Shown in pieces: positions 19,222 through 27,800 of a stretch of DNA of 64,000 nucleotides (its first letter is position 1; every line of letters starts with the position of its first letter). The stretch lies in assembly GCA_038243585.1 (NCBI GenBank), contig JBBSQY010000003.1, positions 67,703-131,702 of the forward strand. Direction: 5' to 3'. A program made the translations under genes and the position numbers. Under the pieces are notes generated by a model. The model saw only the letters and a program-made list of their open reading frames with translations. It was not told the DNA's origin and searched no databases. Origin of the DNA: Candidatus Sumerlaeales bacterium. Its GTDB lineage: Bacteria; Sumerlaeota; Sumerlaeia; Sumerlaeales; Sumerlaeaceae.

Positions 19222-21870
19222 ATGATTGATGTTCAAGGTGGGCGCAAGCGCGAGCCAGTCGCCGCTACTGATGAATTGGTAAGTGAAGCGGTCGCCATTG
19301 GCGTCGTGCTGTTGGCGGTGCTGATGACGTTGGCGTTAATTACCGAAGACGCCGGCAGCAACTTGGTCGGACGCGCTGGGTCCGTTGTCAGCGGTGGACT
19401 CACGTTCGCCGTCGGACGGTACGTCGCTTTCGTAGTACCGTTGCTGGTGCTCGCAACAGGCGTGCTGGTGTGGCGCGGAAGCGGACTTCATCGCGCAGGG
19501 CTCAGGATTATCGGGCTCTATGGCACAATGGTAAGCGTCTGTGCCTTGTTAGCGATTCCCTATGCCCAAAGTAATTTTAATGGAGACGACGGGTTTAGAT
19601 CAGGTGGGGCTCTCGGTAATTTCCTGGTACATTCTCAATGCCTGAACCTGGCTGGGTTGCTTGGGACAGCGGGAGCGTATCTGCTGTTTTCCGCGCTGCT
19701 GGTGGTCAGCCTTAGCACTGCCACCGATGTGCGGGTACGGGACACCATCATCGCTATTTCCGACTGGATACGTGGCAGCGGGTGGCGAAAATTTGTTTCT
19801 CCACTAGCGGCATGGGGCGCCCAGTTTACTTCCAGATTAGAGCAAAAGGATAATCTTGACGTAGAGCAACCGTTAGCTGTTAGATTTACTCCACAGGATG
19901 TGCAACCCGAAACCTACGGACGCAGCAGCAGGCTCGCGGCAGGACTCGACGCTGCTCCCGCTTTGGCCCAAGCACCGGCAACTGCTGCAACTACTGCAAC
20001 TACTGCAACTGCTCACGTCGCGCAGACGAATTACATTCCTGCATTTGCTCCGTCAACACCCACACCTGCTGTTCCTGTGGCCAGTGTCCCGGTGCAGGGA
20101 TGTCCCGGTTTGTCACTCGTTTCCGATGACGAAGACAATGATTTGGTAAGCATGGCGGAGGCCGGTCCAGGAATCCAGAGTGAGCTTGCGCTGATAAAAC
20201 CTTATCAGACACCACACTACACGATTCTGAACGCTCCTCCGACCGTTGTAAACGCCATGACCAATGAAGAGGTGGCGGAGATTTGCGAACGCCTGGAGAA
20301 AACCCTTGGTGAGTTTAACATCGTCGCCAGCGTGGTACAGGTAACGCAGGGACCTACCGTCACTCGTTATGAAATGCAGCCGGCTGCCGGGGTGAAGGTG
20401 GCGAAAATAGCGTCCCTTGAAAACGACATAGCCATGTGCATGAAAGCGGAAAGCGTTCGCATCATCGCGCCAATCCCCGGAAAGGGAACCGTTGGTCTGG
20501 AAATACCGAACAAGAAATCAAAGCCGGTTTTCCTACGGGAAATGCTTGAGACGGACGTATTCCGAAATCACCCGTCCCCTTTGGCTTTTGCCCTGGGCAT
20601 GACCATTGGTGGTGAGCCCTTCATTAGTGATTTGGCCACCATGCCCCACGTGCTTATCGCCGGTCGTACCGGCTCCGGTAAATCCGTTTGCCTGAACGCT
20701 ATTATCTGCTCTATTCTTTTTCGCATGACCCCTGACAAGGTTAAATTCCTGATGGTGGATCCTAAGCGTGTGGAACTCAACGTCTATCAGGCGATTCCTC
20801 ACCTGCTGGCGCCGGTGGTATGTGAGCCACGCAAGGCGGCGGCAGCGCTGACCTGGGCCGTGGAGCAGATGGACGAGCGCTATAAAAAATTGGCGGCAGT
20901 TGGCGTTAGGAATATTGACGGTTTTAACGCTATCGCTCAAAGCGATAAGCCGCACCCCAAGGCAATGGGGCGTCAACTCGCGTATATGCCCCATATCGTG
21001 ATAGTAATCGACGAATTGGCAGACTTGATGCTGATCGCTCGCAATGAAGTGGAAGACAATATCATCCGCCTCGCGCAAATGAGTCGTGCGGTTGGAATGC
21101 ATCTGATCCTGGCGACGCAGCGCCCATCGGTCAACGTTATCACTGGTATTATTAAAGCCAACTTTCCAAGCCGTGTGGCATTTCAGGTATCAAGCAAGGT
21201 GGACAGTCGCACGATTCTGGACGCCATGGGCGCAGAGGCTCTTTTGGGTCGGGGTGATATGTTGTTCAGTCCCGGCGGCAGCCCAAAGCCAATTCGGCTC
21301 CAGGGATGCTACCTGAGCGACGACGAAGTGGAAGCAACCGCGGACTGGGTGAGGAGCCAAGCTAAGGCACAGTATGAGATGCAAGACTTCCTGACCAAGA
21401 AGGAACAGGACGAATTGCGGATGGCGTCCAGCAACACAATGGGTAAAGATATGCTCAGCATGGACGGCATAGACGCAGACGAATCAACAGTGGCTATGCC
21501 TGAAGACGGCGACGATTATGATTTCACTTATCAGCAGCAACGGCGTGACGGCCGTTCTGTTGCCGAGGTGATGAACAGAGGCACATCCCCCTCGGCGCCC
21601 GTTCGTACGCATAATACCGATGAAAGCGACGCCATTGACGAGGAGTTGTTCAGTCAGGCCACAAGACTCATCCTAACACATCGTAAGGCGAGTGTTAGCC
21701 TGCTTCAGCGAAAACTAAAGATTGGCTTCGCCCGCGCAGGTCGCGTAATGGATATGCTGGAAGAACGGGAAATTGTCGGACCAAACGTAGGCAGCAAAGT
21801 TAGGGACATCCTGGTTGATCCGGATGAGTTTATGGCTGAAATGGATGAAGGCGACGATATGCGGTTCTAA
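19222..21870 (+). CDS. ftsK: DNA translocase FtsK
   Basis: 4TM N-domain, low-complexity linker, GPTVTRYE, HVLIAGRTGSGKS, IDELADLM, LATQRPSV, DSRTILD and gamma domain SVSLLQRKLKIGFARAGR. ATG at 19222 follows GAGGG. Confidence 0.97.
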   Translation: MIDVQGGRKREPVAATDELVSEAVAIGVVLLAVLMTLALITEDAGSNLVGRAGSVVSGGLTFAVGRYVAFVVPLLVLATGVLVWRGSGLHRAGLRIIGLYGTMVSVCALLAIPYAQSNFNGDDGFRSGGALGNFLVHSQCLNLAGLLGTAGAYLLFSALLVVSLSTATDVRVRDTIIAISDWIRGSGWRKFVSPLAAWGAQFTSRLEQKDNLDVEQPLAVRFTPQDVQPETYGRSSRLAAGLDAAPALAQAPATAATTATTATAHVAQTNYIPAFAPSTPTPAVPVASVPVQGCPGLSLVSDDEDNDLVSMAEAGPGIQSELALIKPYQTPHYTILNAPPTVVNAMTNEEVAEICERLEKTLGEFNIVASVVQVTQGPTVTRYEMQPAAGVKVAKIASLENDIAMCMKAESVRIIAPIPGKGTVGLEIPNKKSKPVFLREMLETDVFRNHPSPLAFALGMTIGGEPFISDLATMPHVLIAGRTGSGKSVCLNAIICSILFRMTPDKVKFLMVDPKRVELNVYQAIPHLLAPVVCEPRKAAAALTWAVEQMDERYKKLAAVGVRNIDGFNAIAQSDKPHPKAMGRQLAYMPHIVIVIDELADLMLIARNEVEDNIIRLAQMSRAVGMHLILATQRPSVNVITGIIKANFPSRVAFQVSSKVDSRTILDAMGAEALLGRGDMLFSPGGSPKPIRLQGCYLSDDEVEATADWVRSQAKAQYEMQDFLTKKEQDELRMASSNTMGKDMLSMDGIDADESTVAMPEDGDDYDFTYQQQRRDGRSVAEVMNRGTSPSAPVRTHNTDESDAIDEELFSQATRLILTHRKASVSLLQRKLKIGFARAGRVMDMLEEREIVGPNVGSKVRDILVDPDEFMAEMDEGDDMRF

Positions 21871-21885
21871 CTCGCCGCGCCCAGA

Positions 21886-24800
21886 CTACTGGCCGAGTTT
21901 TTTTGAGTCGCTGGGGTCCAGCGCCGCTTCACGACACGCTACCAACAGGTCCATCAGGGCTACCCGTTTGTTCACCGAGCGGCTGGCTTTTAGCACATGG
22001 TCATCCTCTGTCGGTTTGTTTGCCTTGGAGTTTATGTTCTCAGCGGCATTCACCGACTCAAGGCCGCCGCGTGCGTCGTTATTAAACGGATCGATTAATC
22101 GCACCTGCTCATAGGCGAGGCGGGCGCGGAGCATTTCACCGCTCAGCAGCAGTTTCTCGGCCATGAGAAGATAGTCAGGAATAGCTTCGGCTTCTGGCGC
22201 GATCAGACTAATACAGTCGATACACTTCTGAATTAGCTCTGGTTGGTCGTCATGAAGACTGCGGGCTGTGCGGAAGGAGTCCAAAGCATTATCAATATCG
22301 CCCGCGTCAAACTGGCGGTTTCCCAGTCGTACATAATGAACGTATTGTAACGACGGATCATAGGAGTCGCGGCGAATGGCATCGCGAACATCATCCACTG
22401 TTTCCGGCTCACATTGGTCTACGATGCGGTAGGCATTTTCGGCTTCTAACATCTCGCCGCGATTGAGATGAACCTCCGCCAGAATCCGGGCCTGACGAGC
22501 AGCCTCCATAGTGTCTCCTGAATTCAAAAGGAGCTCCACCAGGCGCTGACGGACAGCCGTATTATTTTCATCCTGGGTCAAAATTCGACGATAGGTGTCT
22601 ATGCCTTTAACCGCGGCCGTACTAGCTAGGATGGCCGTGGCTCTGGAATAGCTTACGCGGGCGTCCTCGTGCATGCCGGCGGCTTCTTGGGAAGCCGCCA
22701 GGGCGAGACATAGATCGGCGTCTCGCGGTGAAATGGTCAGAGCCGCGTTCAACACTTCCACAGCGGCGGAGGGTTCATGGCGGTCCATGTACAGGTTCGC
22801 AAGTGTGCGCATTTCCGATAATGCCCTGTTCCGACTTCCCCGGCTAAGAAGGAATGTCGCATACCGCGACCGCGCCGCGGTGTTATCCGGAGCCATTCCC
22901 AGGATCTGCTCGTAAGTTTGAAGAGCCCCCTCAAAATCGCCCCGCCGCTCAAGAGCGTCTGCCAGTTTTCCGTATTCCTGAGGCATATTTTTTTCTGGAG
23001 ATTCAACTTGCGACAGCAGCTCCACGTACCGCGTGAGTATCGCTGGATCATCGGGAACAATGGACGCAAGTTTACGATAGGCTTCAAGGCCTTCCAAATC
23101 CCGGTTCGCTTTTTCGTAAATGTCAACAAGCTCCCGCAGCACATCAGCCTGCTGATCCCGGTTTCCTGTTTTTTCATACAACTCAGCCAGTTGCTCGCGC
23201 ACTTCCGGACTATCCGGTTGTTGGCGGGAAAGACGATCCAGCGTTGCGGTCGCTTCCGAAAACTCGCCACTATCCAGAAGCGACGGGATAAGGCCAAGCC
23301 AAGCGTCAAATGCCTCTTGCTGCATCCCCGCCTCTTCACAAGCTTGGGCCAGAGTTTTGCGCGCTTCCGCCCAAGCAGGACGAAACTTTACAGCTTTGTT
23401 CAGGAGTTCAATGCGGCGCTCCGTGTCTTTTGCGCCCAGCGCAGCATCTGCGGCGGCCCGATAATATCTGGCTGCCAGGTCCGGGTAGGAACTGGCCGCC
23501 AGCATATCTGCTATGCGCTCTCTGCATGGGATATTTTCCGGGTACTGCTCAACCAGGGCTTCGGCCTGATCACGGGCTTCTTCCAGCTCAGCGCGTTCCA
23601 GCAGGATACGAACGATATGCAGATGCTGCTCAATAGCTTCCTCTGGCCTATGCGCATTGTTAAGGCTGCGAGCAAGGTCGCGGTGCAAGGCAATCTGTCC
23701 GGGCGCCAGATCAACCAGTTCATACAGGACAGAAATAGCTTCTTCCTGTCGTCCCTGCTTTTCATGTTCTTCCGCTTCCCGGCGCAAGCGAAGTTGTAAT
23801 TCTTCCAGGCGACCCATCTGGCGGATCATGTCATAATGAGCCTGTTTCAATTGCTGATTGGATGGCACCCAATTTGTGCCCTCGGCCAGCAGACTCTCGG
23901 CCAGTTCCGAATTTCCCGCTTTATTTTCGTGATCGGCAAGCCAAATATACTCTTCGGCTCCCTTATCATGATTTTCCGTCTTGCGGTAAAATTCTAGCGC
24001 CGTCTGATGGACATGACGGTCCTCCGGTAGGGCTTGTACCAATTTTGCCAGCAATGGCGCAACTCGCTGTGCTTCGGTTGAGGTGGCCTTATCCATTACA
24101 TGGAAAACGCTCATACGGGCAGTTTCCATGTCCCCGATGCTGATCGCCAGCTCTCCCAGATGTCTCCATGCCTGGACTGTTCCAGGGCTTATTTGTGTTA
24201 CGCGGCGGTAGCACGTGAAAGCATAAGCCGTTTCGCCGGCCCCTTCATACAATTCCGCCGCTCGCATCCATTCAGCGACAGCTTCCGAAACCCGGTTCAG
24301 GCTTAACAGGGATTCTCCCAAGTCGTTATGGGCGGCGGCATCGGAATTGTCATAATTCAAAATAGTTACTGCAGCCAGGCGAATCCGTTCCGGATCTTCG
24401 GTTTCCCGTGCGACCGCCAGCAGCTGACGAGCGTAAAGGAGGCCTTTTTCAGAATTCCCTGCTCCCGCGCAGCAATCCAGCAATTTTGAAAGCAGGGCAG
24501 TGTCTCTGGGTGACCGCTCAAGTAGACGCTCATATTGACGAAGGGCGCTGGTGTGATCTCCCAGTTTCTGAAACTTTGTTGCAAGGGCGCGAGTGGTTGT
24601 AGTGAAAACTTCAACGTCGTTTGATTTGCCAGATAGCGACGCAAGCTGTTCCAGTATTTCCAGGTTATCGGGATCAAGTTGAAGGTATGATTGAAGTAGA
24701 CGACAGGCCTCACCCACGTTTCGTCGAGAAGCCTTCACATCGGCCAGTTTCCCAGTGAGTTTCCCCATGGCCTCAAGATCACCATTATCCCGAGCATCGT

Positions 24801-27800
24801 TCAACAGCGCCTGCAAAGCCGTTTCATTCCCCGGTTGTAGAGTAAGCACATGTGCATAAATTCGCCGGACCCGCTCATGGTGCTCAGCCTGCTGAAATAG
24901 CTCTGCCGTCTGCAGCCAATTGTCTATGGCGGAATCCGGTGCAATTGATTCCAAACGCGTTGCCAGTTTTTCCCGGAGATCAGTATTTCCCGGCGCCAGT
25001 TGAACAACCCGATTTAAAGCTTCTAAAAGTAAGTCGGTGTTGTTCATCTGCTCTGCCGACACGATAACTTCCTGTAGCAGGGCGACTGCTTCTTCCTGTC
25101 GCTTTTCTCGGACAAAATAGTCGGCCAGGGTGGCCTTCACATAAAGGTTATCAGGCTCCGCGGCAAGAGCCTCCAAGTAACAATCTTCCTCTTCGGAAAC
25201 CGCACCTGACATACTAAACAGCCTGGCGGCCTCCAGTGCGGAACGCCGTGCGTCTGACAGCATTTCAGACTGCCTGAATACCTGCGCCGCGAGGTACCAT
25301 GTATCCGCGGAATCCGGAGCAATATCCAATAATGTAGTCGCAATATCGAGCGCTTCAGAAAGTTTATTCTGGTCTGCCAGGCTTTTGACGCGTTGATGCG
25401 CGATACCGACCAGGAAGGTGCTTCCACCCAGGGTATGGATGGTTTTAAATATTTCAAGACCACGGGCCGGAGTGGTGGTGTCAAGCAGCGCAAGAGCAAT
25501 AATCTGGCTTTGTTTCTGACGTCGCGCCGTTAGGGCCGACCGCAGTTGTTCCCGAGCCACATCGTAGACATCGTCGCCCAAGCGGCGGACCAATGTCGCT
25601 ATGGATTCCGCCGGGATAGCGGATGGTTTCGCCGATATTGCCCGATTGACGTTTGCTATGGCCTGTTCAGACTTCCCGTCTTCTGAGAAAAGCAGGGCGG
25701 CCGTCATAAACTGTGCGGTGGCCTGATCGAGACGGCGGGAGCGTTCGTTTAGTTCAGCCAGAAGTCTGTATTGCTGCGCTGTAGAGACTAAGCCGGCAGC
25801 TTCATCCATCGCTTCAATGGCGGCATCGGTGTCGCCTGACGCAAGGGCATCACTGGCCAGTGTCATTAATTCCTGACGCAGGCGATTTCGGTTTCCGGTC
25901 AGGCGCAATGGTTCGAACAGTTCCTGACGCAGGCTCATGTCATGTGGCGCAAGAGCAATGACCTGAGTCAGCACGCTGATTGCGTCATCGGAATGGCATG
26001 CTGCGGTCCTGGCGCGCGCAGACTTCAATCCCCGTGTCATAGCCCGTGCGGGCGGAAGCATATCCATGTGACGGACAACATAATCGGCATTGAGCGGCGC
26101 AATTTCAATCGCCTGGGCCAAAAGAGCTTCGCGCCGGGATTTGTTTCCGGAATGCTTGTCCAGCTCTGATAGAGCGATATCAATTAATTTAACGGCGGAA
26201 TCGGAGTTCCCGGCCTTACTATGAGCGGCTGCGGCGATGCTGTAATCTTCAGGCAGGGCGGAATCCCCCGCCAGTTTCAACAGATCATCAAACACTTGGG
26301 CGGCATCGGCGGGCTTGCCACTATCTTGTAATATGCGGCCAGCATGGCGAAGATGGTCCTGAGCTCGTGCCGGGCTGTTGCCTTTTCTATAAAGGTCGGC
26401 GATGATCAAGTGCTCAAGTGGGTCTGCTGCAGACTCATGAGCTATTGCTGCTTCCAGCGTCTGCGCCGCTCCCTGGTAATCGCCCTCCGCTTCCAATAGA
26501 TTTGAAAGCTGTTTAAGATATGGCAGCGCCTCCATGGGGCGCTCAGTCTTCATCTGAGCGTCGGTCAGATCTCGCAACAGCGCTGTGGATGCAGGAATTG
26601 TTTCTACCAGGCGTATAAGATCGGCAATCCACTGGTTTTCGTCGACAGAATCTCGACGCTGATTAGCCCACTGGCGGTACAGCGGCAATGCTGCCGGCGA
26701 ACCTTCTATCTTATGCACCAGTTCTGCCAGGGTCCATAAGACGTCCGGGTTGTCAGGGTGCAGCGTAAGAGATTCCCGATAAGCAGCCATAGCACCGACG
26801 CTATCGTCTGAAGCTGCAAAAGTGTCGCCGATATCTGCCAGCGTGACGGCCGCATGCTCTGGTTGTTCAAGAGCCTTCTGAACCTCAACCTTATGCCGCA
26901 GCGCCGCCAGAAGGGCAGGGGACATATCCAGAATCTGGTCCAGAACTTCCAGAGCCGCATTAAACTGGCGGGATTGTTGAAGGAGTCTCGAGACCTCCAG
27001 CAAAGCATTTATCGCGTCGGCGGACTTGCCTAACTCGATGTTAGCATCCGCAAGTAACCGATGAGCTTCAGGGTTAGTGCCGGCCAAGCTGGTCCAGCGC
27101 CGGGCCATCTCCAGTGCTTCTGCGGCCTTGCCGGATTCCAGTAGGTTTCTTCCGCTGTCTGCAACCCACGTCAGGGCTTGCTGTTCATTCTCCATGCCCA
27201 TTAGAGCATCGGCGCGGGCGCTCGTGAGCACTCCGCTTTGACGAGTTAAATTCTCATCCAACCCACAAATGGCGATCAGTGCCGATGCGTTATTATCAGC
27301 GCCGGCAATGGTTGCGGCTGCTTCAAGGTCGGTCAGCGCCAAATCTGGACGTGCCTCGGACAATAGGGCGGTGGCGAGTTCAATCAGTGCGTTGACGTCT
27401 GCGCCATGTATCTTACGCAGATGCTTAAGAAGTGCTGCAAGCTGGGGTGATTTATCTGCGGTAAACTTATGGACTAGCTGAATCTGGTGGGGGAACGCTT
27501 CCGTATATCTTTTTGCTTCTGTTAAAAGTATAGCAAGCAGTCTGTGGACTTCAAAAGGCGCGACGCCCAAAGCGACTGCCGACTGGAGGGTCGTAATAGA
27601 TTCTTCTGTTGCCCCGGCGCTCTTGCTGGCGCGAGCAGATTGCACATAAGCTTCCGTTGCCTTTTCTGGATCCTGCTCAGCGGCGGCAATAGTCAGGTAG
27701 AGTCCGGCCTTTGCAGCGTGGTCAGATAGATCCGCCGCAAGTTTTCGGGCGGCGTCGAAATTGCCGGTCTGAGCGAATGTAACGCCAAGGAGTCGGCTTG

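Noticed and set aside
19976..20013. 9-bp tandem repeat (ACTACTGCA) in ftsK as a phase-variation locus
   Set aside because: In-frame unit within the naturally low-complexity FtsK linker, so it cannot shift the frame.
19222..21870. FtsK as a conjugative coupling protein or type VII secretion ATPase
   Set aside because: It has the 4TM N-domain, a single motor and a gamma domain, i.e. the canonical chromosomal FtsK. No mobile-element genes are nearby.
22918..23799. 293-aa plus-strand ORF inside the giant gene
   Set aside because: Antisense shadow with no recognisable motifs. The same applies to 5607-6443, 35115-35825 and 57650-58513.
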